A stretch of 64,000 bases of DNA from Leucoraja erinacea (GCF_028641065.1 NC_073383.1:53444001-53508000), one strand, 5' to 3'; positions 12,038-23,967 are shown, counted from the first letter of the stretch. The notes: generated from the sequence alone by a model not told the origin. A program made the numbers and translations.

Positions 12038-12835
12038 ATATGGGAAAGTATAGATAGTTACACAAAATCGCCGTATCTAATGGGTGGCCTGCTGACCCAT
12101 TCGGCTCATGTGCGGTACAAATCCACATCTCCTCCTTTCACCGGTGAAGTGACCGGGGAGGGAACCGGGGAAATGACCGGGAACCGCCGGGTGGAGGTGG
12201 TGAAATAGGCGAGCTAGGCGCTGAACGCTGTGGGGAGGCCGCAGGGGACACAGTCTCTGGTAGTGGAACAGCTGGCCCGGTAGTGGGAGGGTATACAAAA
12301 CGCGAGACCTCTGGATGCGGAGTCGCAGGAAGGAGATGTTGACGGTTGCGTCTGTAAATGGCCCCGACCGCGCTAACTAGGTAGGAGAACGGTTCTTTGT
12401 CAGGGGCTGTGGATGTGACCCAGACGGCCATAGCCCTTGTTGGTCTGGAGGTGAACAACCTGCCCACTGGAGAGAGGTTTAAGTGACTTACTGGATTTGT
12501 CGAAAAAACATTTTTGTGCATCGGGCTTGAATTGTAGTTGTTTCTGGACCGCGGGCGAAGACCGAACCTGTGGCTGCACAAGCTGCTGGGGTAGCACGGG
12601 TTTGGCGAGATATCAGTCGTTGGGCTGGGAAACCCAGTATGGGATTCCTGGCAATGTTCCTTAAATTGAGCAGTCCAGGTAGACTACAAGGGGCAGGAGG
12701 GAGAAAGCAAGGACTACCTGAAATTGGAGGTCAATGTTCATACCGCTGGGGTGTAAACTACGCAAGCAAAATATGAGGTGCTTCTCCTCCAATTTGCAGT
12801 GGGACTCACTCTGGCCATGCAGGAGGCACAGGACA

Positions 12836-12996
12836 ATAGACTATAGGTGCAGCAGTAGGCCATTCGGCCCTTCAAGCCAGCACCACCACTCAATGTGATC
12901 ATGGCTGATCATCCCCAATCAGTAACCCGTTCCTGCCTTCTCCCCATATCCCCTGACTCCGCTATTTTTAAGAGCTCTCTCTTGAAAGCATCTCTT
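12836..12996 (-). mobile_element. CR1 3'-tail fragment inserted in Penelope
   Basis: gtaggccattcggcccttc...tgccttctccccatatcc tail, with GACA duplication at 12832-12835 and 12997-13000. Confidence 0.8.
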
Positions 12997-14039
12997 GACA
13001 GAAAGGTCGAATTCCAAATGGGAGGGGGAGTTGAAGTGCTGAGACACTGGGAGATCAGGTTGGTTATTGCGAACTGAGCGGAGGTGTTGGGTGAAGCGAT
13101 CTCCAAGCCTGCGCTTGGTCTCACCGATGTAGAGCAGCTGACACCTGGAACAACGGATGCAATAGATGAGGTTAGAGGAGGTGCAAGTGAACCTCTGCCT
13201 TACCTGGAAAGACTGCTTGGGTCCTTGGATGAAGTTGAGGGGGGAGGTAAAGCGACAAGTGTAGCATTTCCTGCAGTTGCAAGGGAAAGTACCAGGGGAG
13301 GGGGTGGTTTTGGTGGGAAGGGACAAATTGACCAGGGAGTTACAGAGGGAACAGTCTCAGTGGAAATCTGAAAAAGATGTAGATGGGAAGATGTGGCCAG
13401 TGGTGGGATCTTGTTGGAGGTAGCGAAAATGTCGGAAGATTATCTGTTGTATATGACGACAGGTAGGGTGGAAGGTGAGGATAAGGGGGACTGTCCTTGT
13501 TGTGAGTGGGGGGATGGGGAGTGAGAGCGGAGCTACGGGATATTGAGGAGACCCTGGTGAGAGCCTTATCTATATCACAGGATCACCGCAAAGAAAGTAT
13601 CCATTTTATGCAGAATGTACACCCGATTGAGTGATGCCGAATTTACATTTCCTTTATTCGACTTGCAATATTTAATCATAATGATTTAAACTGAATTGTC
13701 TGCTCATAAAACAGCTGAGTTATCTTCTTTAAATAGCCTGTGATACAAAGAGTGGAACATTTGCTTCCCACACAGATGGTTGTGTCCTGGGGCTCTCTGT
13801 CACAAATTTCTCTACCCACAGCTTAAGAGTCTATTTTAGCTGCATGCAGTTAGTCACCTAGAAGGACTATATCACAATATCCAATTTCTGCACAATTTAG
13901 ATTATGATTGATCTGTCCTGAAAATATTTGTGTTCCACTTACACATGATCAAACTTAATTTTCTTTTGGTAGTGGCAAACTGTCATTGCTCTGTCTTTTG
14001 TGAAGCATGCATACATTTGTGCCTTGCAATGTTACATTG

Positions 14040-14118
14040 TTTAATGTCGTAACAAATTCCAGCCATCAGTGGCCCTCCAGATCTGCCCACTGTCTGTGCA
14101 TGCGACTTGAGAGGCTGT

Positions 14119-14152
<34 letters not shown>

Positions 14153-15573
14153 GATTAAAATGCAGATTTTTATTGGTTGTCGGAGAGGGATTTGCTCGTC
14201 CGACAAGCTTATGAAGAAATTTTGTTCTGTGATCCCGTTCGTGTCTTTAAAAAAACCGTTGCTGGTCTATTGAATCGCTGGATGAAAGTCGGGCCAACTT
14301 CAATGCCTTCAAACTCATGGATCGCAAGTTCAGGACAAAAACAAAAGGTATGTACTTTAGGATGTTTATTTAACATCTTATCTAGTTTTTGGTGTCATTT
14401 AATTTTAATCTGATAATGCAAAATTGGTCATTGGTCATATCTGCCGTGTCTTGCCTGACAGCTGTGAGTGAGCGAAATCATGGTGGCGGCCACAATCCGA
14501 TCTCTGTATCATAATCCACAAACATCCACTCTCAAGATAATCAAATTCATTAATTTTTGCACAATCATGTCATAAGAACATCTAGATTATCTATATTTTG
14601 TGTTATTGGCTATCCATGATCAATATTTTCATCCTAAATATCTGACTAAAAAGTTCCGCAGTACATAGTTTTTAGTCAGATGTTTACTATGAAAATACTG
14701 ATCATGGATAGACAATAACACAAAGCATAGATAATTTAGATGTTCATGACATGATTGTGCAAAAAAATTGTGGATTTTGAACACATGTCTCAATCGGCTC
14801 TTGCCTGCTGCAATGTTAAAACCAACAGAGTAAAATTCATGGGAATTAAAAGTTCAATTCCTTCGACTCGGCATAGAAATTCATGACAAAGTGAGATTTT
14901 AAAATCATGTTATACTGTGAATTCTTGTGTGAATGGGATCAGTTTGTTATTTGGATACTTTGGCTATTTAAACAAATATTTTTAGCCTTTTCTTAAGAAT
15001 GGGATAGATGTTTAGATCTAGTAATTGAATTTAGATGAATTGAATTGAATTGATGACACTGATGAATATATATTTTTTTGATGGGTATTTACTATTTGTT
15101 TTAACATTACAATGATATTAAATTTCTGATCTTGAGAATACGACATTTTTGAATTTTCAAAGCAGTATGTTACTATTTCAGTCACAGCGGTAAATGATGT
15201 AATTAGCTACTTAATTATGTAATTAACTAATTATATACTTTAATTTCAGGTCATCCAAGTAAGATGTATCATATTTGTTTCCGAATGCTTTAATCGATAA
15301 TAACTGAAAATTTAATTCAGTTCTCTTAATTTTTAAGACAGTTATGAGCTTTCATGTCAATTGACTGTCCTCGATCACAGCGTTTGTGTTACTATAATGG
15401 AAAAGCACTAGGGAACAAGATGCTAATTTCGGAGTATGAAAATTACCATAACTTTTTTAATACTGAAGATATGAAAGTGAATTATGTATTAAATTAAAGT
15501 TATTTTTATGCTTTATCCAATGGGATAAATTACAGGCTTGATTTTTAAGATCTCAAAATTTTGTAACATCCCT
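14040..15573. mobile_element. Unclassified non-autonomous DNA-transposon-like repeat (boundaries uncertain)
   Basis: Compositional shift, retained CpGs, G33 run, internal long inverted repeat and weak terminal similarity (gtaacaaatt / aattttgtaac). No coding signal. Confidence 0.35.
14552..14769. repeat. Imperfect inverted repeat, arms of about 100 bp, 16-nt loop
   Basis: Left arm tttttgcacaatcatgtcat...tctgactaaaaa pairs with right arm tttttagtcaga...atgacatgattgtgcaaaaa. Loop at 14653-14668. Confidence 0.9.
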
Positions 15574-17167
15574 ACATTGTTTGGCTCATATATCTCCACA
15601 CATGATTGTGGGTGAACTTTTTAAGATGACATTCAAAGGAAATTTGCCCCAGAACAAATGTTGTATTCTTTCACCCCAGCAGTAAGCCTCGATTATCCAA
15701 GTACTACCTTGACTGGTTTTCATTTCCCATCATTCCCGCATCAATAGCTGTTTGCCCATCACCCTACCCCATCAACAAAGTCCACACTGACTTCCCAACT
15801 CCAATTGTTCAATACAGGGAGACCCTGCAATGAACATTGAAATGTTTCACCAGTTCATCTTTATGCACTCACATCATTTCGCTGGCTGTAGCTTCTTTAT
15901 TCTTTTCAACCTTGTCAAAGCATTGTTAGCAATTGTAGCAGAGCCAGGCAATTGGTATACTCTCTTGAATGCTCTTTTGATACATTTTATGATTTCATCT
16001 TCTTCGCACTGCATTTAAACATTGCAATCTAACTGAAAGCTTCCTTTCCAAGATCAGCATCTATTGTGCATGAATCTAATTACCAAATGTCCCGTTTAAA
16101 GTTTAGATATAATTATCATTGCTTCAGTATTGAGGCTCCAAGAGAAACAGTCACAGACATTTGATTTAACATCTCGCATTTACTGAAAATCAGTCGGTTG
16201 TTTACAACCAATAACATTTTAATACCCCTTGTTGATCTTATTTAATTCTCTGTTTCCCCATAACAATGGCTCTGTTTCCAAATGTGAAGCAATTTATTTT
16301 CTTCCATTTTCTCCAATAAACTTTCAAACATGCCCTGCCTCAGTTTCTTGTTTCTTTAGCATTTGCTTGAACCTTTTCTGTTGTTTCTGTCTGCTTCCGA
16401 ATGCAGTGCTGCTTTACTATATTTCATCCCTTTTCTCAACATGAGTTCTCCTCTGCCCATGGGTTGCATGGGTGGAAATCCCGGGGGGATATGGGGACAC
16501 GTCCCCCCCCCCCCATGTTTTGAGAGGTGGGAGACAATCTCCCCCCCCCCCCCCCCATGTTTTGGAAGCTGGATTTTAAAATTCCGTGAAAAAAAATCTA
16601 TGAAAAATCTCACCTTTCCGCGAGACAGTGAGATTGGGACTGATGATCGTGGGTGCCGAATGGACGAGAGAGACGTCGATCAGCAGGCAATGGGAGGGAG
16701 GGCGGGACATGATGATTCACTGTGATGGTTAGAGGAGGGAGGTGTCAGTCAGAGGCAGTGATTGGAGGAGGGAGATGTCCTGATGGAGCAAAGATCATAG
16801 AGAATTGGCCCATTCACGGGACCTTTCATCGCCCGGCGCGGCGTAAAATCAGCCACAGGATTTTCCATCAACCCGCAGTCAAATTGTTGCATCGAGACGA
16901 TCGAGGCACCCGATGTTGAAGCCCCCACCGGGCGATGGAAGATCCCGCAGCCGGTTTTAAGCCGCGCCAGGTGATGAAAGGCCTCGGGAACGGGCCAATT
17001 GAAGTCCCATGATTTAGGGCGGACGAAGCTGCTGTTGCTGGAGTTCGGAGTCGGTCACCAACCAGGTCAGCTCTCGATGTTACCGTCCACAGGGCCCATG
17101 GCCGAAGCCACCGGAGCCTCGCCTGTGTGCGTGTTTGTGCATTCATGCGCGTGCAGCCACCAAGTAA

Positions 17168-20027
17168 CCATATAACCATATAACAATTACAGCACGGAAA
17201 CAGGCCATCTCGGCCCTACAAGTCCATGCCGAACAATTTTTTTTTTTTTTTTTTCCCCCTTAGTCCCACCTACCTGCACTCGTACCATAACCCTCCATTC
17301 CCTTCTCATCCATATGCCTATCCAATTTATTTTTAAATGATACCAATGAACCTGCCTCCACCACTTCCACTGGGAGCTCATTCCACACCGCCACCACTCT
17401 CTGCGTAAAGAAGTTCCCCCTCATATTACCCCTAAACTTCTGTCTCTTAATTCTGAAGTCATGTCCTCTTGTTTGAATCTTCCCTATTCTCAAAGGGAAA
17501 AGCTTGTCCACATCAACTCTGTCTATCCCTCTCATCATTTTAAAGACCTCTATCAGGTCCCCCCTTAACCTTCTGCGCTCCAGAGAATAAAGACCCAACT
17601 TATTCAACCTATCTCTGTAACTTAGTTGTTGAAACCCAGGAAACATTCTAGTAAATCTCCTCTGTACTCTCTCTATTTTGTTGACATCCTTCCTATAATT
17701 TGGCGACCAAAATTGTACACCATACTCCAGATTTGGTCTCACCAATGCCTTGTACAATTTTAACATTACATCCCAGCTTCTATACTCAATGCTCTGATTT
17801 ATAAAGGCTAGCATACCAAAAGCTTTCTTTACCACCCTATCTATATGAGATTCCACCTTCAAGGAACTATGCACGGTTATACCCAGATCCCTCTGTTCAA
17901 CTGTATTCTTCAATTCCCTACCATTTACCATGTACGTCCTATTTTGATTTGTCCTGCCAAGGTGTAGCACCTCACATTTATCAGCATTAAACTCCATCTG
18001 CCATCTTTCAGCCCATTTTTCCAAATGGCCTAAATCACTCTGTAGACTTTGGAAATCCTCTTCATTATCCACAACACCCCCTATCTTGGTATCATCTGCA
18101 TACTTACTAATCCAATTTACCACACCTTCATCCAGATCATTGATGTACATGACAAACAACAAAGGACCCAACACAGATCCCTGAGGCACCCCACTAGTCA
18201 CCTGCCTCCAACCCGATAAACAGCCATCCACCATTACCCTCTGGCTTCTCCCATTCAGCCACTGTTGAATCCATCTTGCTATTCCTGCATTTATACCCAA
18301 CAGTTGAACCTTCTTAACCAACCTTCCATGAGGAACCTTGTCAAAGGCCTTACTAAAGTCCATATAGACAACATCCACTGCTTTACCCTCGTCAATTTCC
18401 CTAGTAACCTCTTCAAAAAATTCAAGAAGATTAGTCAAACATGACCTTCCAGGCACAAATCCATGTTGACTGTTCCTAATCAGACCTGTTTATCTAGATG
18501 CTTATATATATTGTCTCTAAGTATCTTTTCCATTAATTTGCCCACCACTGAAGTCAAACTAACAGGTCTATAATTGCTAGGTTTACTCTTAGAACCCTTT
18601 TTTAAACAATGGAACAACATGCGCAGTACGCCAATCCTCGGGGACTATTCCCGTTTCTAATGACATTTGAAATATTTCTGTCATAGCCCCGGCTATTTCT
18701 ACACTAACGTCCCTCAATGTCTTAGGGAATATCCTGTCAGGACCTGGAGACTTATCCACTTTTATATTTTTCAAAAGTGTCAGTACTTCTTTTACTTCGA
18801 ACCTCATAGTATCCATAGCTACTCTACTAGTTTCCCTTACCTCACATAATTCAATATCCTTCTCCTTGGTGAATACCGAAGAAAAAAAATTGTTCAATAT
18901 CTCCCCCATCTCTTTTGGCTCTGCAGATAGCTGTCCACTCTGTCTCTCCAATGGACCAATTTTATCCCTCCTTATCCTTTTGCTATTAATATAGCTGTAG
19001 AAACCCTTTGGATTGACTTTCACCTTACTTGCCAAAGCAACCTCATATCTTCTTTTAGCTTTTCTAATTTCTTTCTTAAGATTCTTTTTACATTCCTTAT
19101 ACTCCTCAAGCACCTCATTTACTTCATGCTGCCTATAATTATTGTAGATCTCCCTCTTTTTCCGAACAAGATGTCCAATTTCCCTTGAAAACCAGGGCTC
19201 TTTCCAATTTTACTGTTTCCTTTCAACCGAACAGGAACATAAAGATTCTGTACTCTTAAAATTTCCCCTTTAAATGTCCTCCATTTCTCTTCTACATCTT
19301 TTCCATAAAGCAAAATGTCCCAGTTCACTCCTTTTAAATCATCTCGCATCGCATCAAAGTTAGCCTTTCTCCAATCAAAAATCTCAACCCTAGGTCCAGT
19401 TCTGACCCTCTCCATAGTTATATTGAAACTAATGGTATTGTGATCACTGGACCCGAAGTGCTCCCCAACGCATACCTCCGCCACCTGTCCAGTCTCATTT
19501 CCTAACAGGAGGTCCAGCACTGCCCCTCCTCTAGTAGGTACCTCTATGTATTGCTGCAAAAAACTATCCTGCACACATTTTACAAACTCCAACCCATCCA
19601 GCCCATTTACAGAATGTGTTTCCCAGTCTATGTGTGGAAAGTTGAAATCTCCCACAATCACTACCTTGTGCTTACTACTAATCTCTGCTATCTCCTTACA
19701 TATTTGCTCTTCCAATTCTCGTTCCCCGTTTGGCGGTCTATAATACACCCCTATAAGTGTTGCTACACCTTTCCCACTTCTCAATTCCACCCAAATAGCC
19801 TCCCTAGATGAGCCCTCCAATCTATCCTGCCAAAGCACTGCTGTAATATCTTCCCTGACTAGCAATGCAACACCTCCACCTCTTGCCCCTCCAATTCTAT
19901 CACACCTGAAGCAACGAAATCCTGGAATATTTAGTTTCCAATCACAGCCCTCCTGCAACCACGTTTCACTGATCGCCACAACATCATACTTCCAGGTGTC
20001 TATCCAGACTCTAAGCTCTTGTAAGCT
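17168..20027 (-). mobile_element. Young CR1 LINE, 5'-truncated, near-complete ORF2
   Basis: (TTATATGG)n 3' tail. AAGTAA duplication at 17162-17167 and 20028-20033. Endonuclease and RT ORFs present. Confidence 0.96.
17260..20027 (-). pseudogene. CR1 ORF2 (APE endonuclease + RT), frameshifted into three ORFs
   Basis: 19119-20105 (ISETWL, VGDFNFP, SSDHN), 18589-19113 (KSPGPD, VPEDW) and 17260-18456 (DFSKAFDKV, GVPQGSVLGP, YADD). Confidence 0.95.
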
Positions 20028-20144
20028 AAGTAATTGTGTCTCCCCCCCAAGTTTTGATCGCGATTTCACAAAGTCACAATCAACCAAGCAATTAACGATG
20101 AACAATATCCGTTACCACCTTGCAAGATCTGTACGCAGATCTAA

Positions 20145-20461
20145 TGCCCCTGTACCACTTAGGAAACCTGAACGGAAACCTCTGGAGACTTTGCGCCCCA
20201 CCCAAGGTTTCCATGCGGTTTCCGGAGGTTTTTGCCAGTCTCCCTAATGGTCGAAAGTGGTTTCCGCTTCTTCTATGTTCCGGAGATTATTTCAAATAAT
20301 TAAAAACCGGCCGAGACTAAAAATAGGTTGCCGTTTTAAAAATCGGTAATTTTTTAGTCGAAGCCGGTTGCGATGCTATTTGAAGGTGGTTGCCGGAGGT
20401 TGCAGGCAGTGGAAGCTAAGACCTTCCACTACCTGCAATCTCCGGCAACCACCTGCAACCT
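20145..20461 (+). mobile_element. Probable PIF/Harbinger-like non-autonomous element, left part only
   Basis: TAA followed by the gcccctgtaccactt terminus. Internal 32-bp hairpin at 20384-20415/20423-20454. No right TIR seen. Confidence 0.5.
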
Positions 20462-21753
20462 TAAGCATATGAGGTCAAGCACTACTACTGAGTGTACCAT
20501 AGATTAGATCAATTTTCGCATGCCATGGTTTACCGGAAGAACTTGTTTCTGATAACGGACTTCAGTTTCATTCAGAACGGTTCAAAGTTCATGCAACAAA
20601 ATGGTGTAAAACACACACTTGTTCCCCCATACCATCCAGCCTCCAATGGGGTGGCGGAAAGGTCTGTTCGAGTTGTCAAAGATGCTCTCAAAAAATAGGT
20701 TTTGCAGGGTAGTTCAAAGCTCAGCATGAAACATCATTGCTAGTTTCTTGCTGAAGTACAGAACCACACAACAACAGGTTACTCACCTGTAGAATTGTTG
20801 ATGAAGAGAAGGCTAAGAATACGCCTAAGTCTAGTTCAACCCAACTTGGCCTTGAGAGTTGAGCAAAAACAGCTAAGTCAAAAATGCCATTTTGACTCTC
20901 ACAAAAAGGAAAGGTACTTCAAGCCAGATGAGCAGGTTCATGTTCTCAGTCCTCCCAACAAGTCCAGTCGAGACAAATGGGATGTTGGGAGAATAGCGGA
21001 AGTGTGCGAACAAAAAGATATTTAGTTGAAGTTAGAGATAGGATTAAAAGTGTTCATGTTGATCATGTTGATCAAATGATTCCAAAATCTGAGCATGAAG
21101 TCTTAATCCCTGAGTTTTTATCTGAAAGTGAGTTGGAAGAAACCATTGTGATTGAAACACAAAGTTCAGTTAGTACAGACAAAGAAACAGATTCCTCTGG
21201 TCAAGTCTGAAGAAAGGTTTCGGCCCAAAACGTTACCTATTTCCTTCGCTCCATAGATGCTGCTGCACCCGCTGAGTTTCTCCAGCATTTTTGTGTACCT
21301 TCCTTTGGTCAAAGTCAGGGTACTAAAACAAGCCAAACAAGTCTTCAGTTGAGTCAACACCTAAACCTGTTACACCTGTTACTGTTAGGCAATCAGGCAG
21401 GATCCGTAAACCAGTAGTCAAGCTAGGTTTGTAAGTTAAATACATCACTGCACAAGTAAAACAAAAATATATAGATATGTAAATTAAATATATTATGTTA
21501 TAATTTAGAATTTCATGAATACTGGTTTAAATTGATTATCACAACAACAAAATTGTAACTGAGTACTTAGATTTAATACTTAAAAAAAGGAGAGCGGCGT
21601 AATGTATTCATACATATTCATGTATATGTTAATGAATTGGTGTTCAATATAAGATGGGAATGTTGGGCAATAAATCTCTCTCTCGTGATCCAGGCAACCA
21701 GCGTGTGAGTTGTTATTTATTCTGCCGTCCGGAAAATAACAGATCCCATCACA
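20462..21753 (+). mobile_element. Gypsy LTR retrotransposon 3' fragment: integrase remnant, PPT and short 3' LTR
   Basis: GLPEELVSDNG and HTLVPPYHPASNGVAERSV integrase motifs. PPT at 21582-21597. LTR at about 21598-21753 (cgtaatg...catcaca) with AATAAA at about 21669. Confidence 0.88.
21205..21299 (+). mobile_element. 95-bp Penelope pLTR/hammerhead-only insertion
   Basis: Near-identical to 49275-49369. Flanked by a 13-bp duplication, ttcct(c/t)tggtcaa. Confidence 0.9.
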
Positions 21754-21988
21754 GGACCTTAATGCTGAATCTTTTCCTATTGTCTACACAACCAGGCCAA
21801 AACAATTTGATTTTTTGATTTTGTCCTTTATCGCATATGATTTGTTTCCCTTTCTTCAGACTCTTCTCACCTGTCACCATGCCATCTTTCATTTCTTCCT
21901 TCATGGATACTCAAGTCTCCCAAATCCCCAATCTCGCTCCATTGAGCTTGAATAGAAATGTTTGGCACTGAATGATGCCATTTGGCCC

Positions 21989-23091
21989 ATTAGCAAGATG
22001 GATTCAACAGTGGCTGAATGGGAGAAGCCAGAGGGTAATGGTGGATGGCTGTTTGTCGGGTTGGAGGCAGGTGACTAGTGGGGTGCCTCAGGGATCTGTG
22101 TTGGGTCCTTTGTTGTTTGTCATGTACATCAATGATCTTGATGAAGGGGTGGTAAATTGGATTAGTAAGTATGCAGATGATACCAAGATAGGGGGTGTTG
22201 TGGATAATGAAGAGGATTTCCAAAGTCTACAGAGTGATTTAGGCCATTTGGAAAAATGGGCTGAAAGACGGCAGATGAAGTTTAATGCTGATAAATGTGA
22301 GGTGCTACACCTTAGCAGGACAAATCAAAATAGGACATACATGGTAAATGGTAGGGAATTGAAGAATACAGTTGAACAGAGGGATCTGAGAATAACCGTG
22401 CATAGTTCCTTGAAGGTGGAATCTCATATAGATAGGGTGGTAAAGAAAGCTTTTGGTATGCTAGCCTTTATAAATCAGAGCATTGAGTATAGAAGCTGGG
22501 ATGTAATGTTAAAATTGTACAAGGCATTGGTGAGACCAAAGCTGGAGTATGGTGTACAATTTTGGTCGCCCAATTATAGGAAGGATGTCAACAAAATAGA
22601 GAGAGTACAGAGGAGATTTACTACAATGTTGCCTGGGTTTCAACAACTAAGTTACAGAGATAGGTTGAAGAAGTTAGGTCTTTATTCTCTGGAGTGCAGA
22701 ATGTTAAGGGGGGGACTTGATAGAGGTCTTTAAAATGATGAGAGGGATAGACAGAGTTGATGTGGACAAGCTTTTCCTTTGAGAATAGGGAAGATTCAAA
22801 CAAGAGGACATGACTTCAGAATTAAGGGACAGAAGTTTAGGGGTAACATGAGGGGGAACTTCTTTACTCAGAGAGTGGTAGCGGTGTGGAATGAGCTTCC
22901 AGTGGAAGTGGTGTCGGCAGGTTCATTGGTATCATTTAAAAATAAATTGGATAGGCATATGGATGAGAAGGGAATGGAGGGTTATGGTACGAGTGCAGGC
23001 AGGTGGGACTAAGGGAAAAAAGTTGTTCGGCATGGACTTGTAGGGCCGAGATGGCCTGTTTCCGTGCTGTAATTGTTATATGGTTATATGG
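21989..23091 (+). mobile_element. Young CR1 LINE 3' fragment (same subfamily as 17168-20027)
   Basis: ORFs 21972-22733 and 22779-23012 are nearly identical to 17260-18456. TTATATGG tail. Possible TGGCCC duplication. Confidence 0.95.
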
Positions 23092-23544
23092 CCCCTTGCC
23101 TGTATCTTTGTCAATAAAATGGTGTCTAAATTATTCTGGTCACATCTTGATCCACTTTCTAAGTTGCACATCTAAGTCATTTTTAATGCTGTATCTCTTT
23201 CTTTCTTACCCTTCACGGAGTGCATGCCAGTCTCCATTCTACTCTGTTGAGTATTTTTTTTCTACAATTCCTCTGTAATCTTTCTAATTACCTTTAATCA
23301 ATTGTTTTTTGTTTACCAGCATCTTAAGTGAATTTGGTCCTTCTTTACAATTATACCCATGCCACTGATTTTGTGTGCTCTGTTAAATTTCTCCTCAGCA
23401 TAGAAAATAATCTACTCAGTCAATCTTTCCTCAAAAAAATCCTCATAAATCTCCTCTGCACTCTCTTTGGTGCTATGACAAACTTTTTAAATGGAGTAAC
23501 CAGAATAAGATATTATAGATCTGCTGTGATCCCCGATTCTCAGT

Positions 23545-23865
23545 CCTGATGCAAGACCTCAGTCCAAAACATGACCTATATCATATGCCTCCACAGTTGC
23601 AACTCGACCCACTGAGTTTGTTCCAGATTCCCGCATTGTGGACTCTTTTATGTTGGTAGGAACTGTAGATGCTTGTCTAAACCAAAGATAGACACAAAAA
23701 GCTGGAGTAACACAGGGGGTCAGACAGCATTGCTGGAGTAGAGGAAAAGGTAATGTTTCGGATCGAGACTCGTCTGTCTCAACCTGAAATGGCACCTATT
23801 CTTTTTCTCCAGAGATGCTGTCTGACCAGCTGAGTTATTCCAGCTTTTTGTGTCTATCTTGTGGT
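23545..23865. mobile_element. Penelope pLTR-derived copies (old plus copy at 23545-23630; inverted pair at 23658-23865)
   Basis: aggaactgtagatgc...gtttcggatcgagac is joined to tctcaacctgaaatggc...ctgagttattccagc. Confidence 0.8.
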
Positions 23866-23967
23866 CTCTTTTGTCTTCTGGGATGCTGGCAAGTATAGCA
23901 TATTTCATTTATGAGGAGGGACAATGTAGGCTGGGTTTTTCATTTCCCATGGAGCATTTAATTTCCC

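Larger units (their letters stand above)
11124..12688 (-). mobile_element. Gypsy LTR-retrotransposon relic (integrase C-terminus + PPT + LTR) with TG...CA ends and AGGGG duplication
   Basis: Minus strand encodes LLNLRNIARNPILGFPAQRLISRQTRAT...KCFFDKSSKSLKPL...SYLV...IYRRNRQHL. PPT at about 12128-12138. AATAAA on the minus strand at about 11166-11171. AGGGG at 11119-11123 and 12689-12693. Confidence 0.8.
10955..13575 (-). mobile_element. Penelope-like element (Neptune-type), 5'-truncated, split by nested insertions
   Basis: ORF 12919-13326 has the GTFPCNCRKCYTC Cys linker and the GIY-YIG motif LIYCIRCSRCQLLYIGETKRRL. C-terminus at 12689-12835. pLTR with hammerhead-like core at 10955-11123. 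Confidence 0.92.
16467..20068. mobile_element. GC-rich non-autonomous DNA transposon (hAT-like?) split by CR1
   Basis: Starts catgggtggaaatccccgggggg...gtcccccccc and is CpG-rich. Internal inverted repeat at about 16805-16848/16954-16999. Resumes after the CR1 as gtgtctccccccc...gatttc. Confidence 0.5.

Noticed and set aside
14119-14151. G33 homopolymer as a functional G-quadruplex or poly-Gly ORF
   Set aside because: Lies within a repeat. Homopolymer length is unreliable and there is no supporting context.
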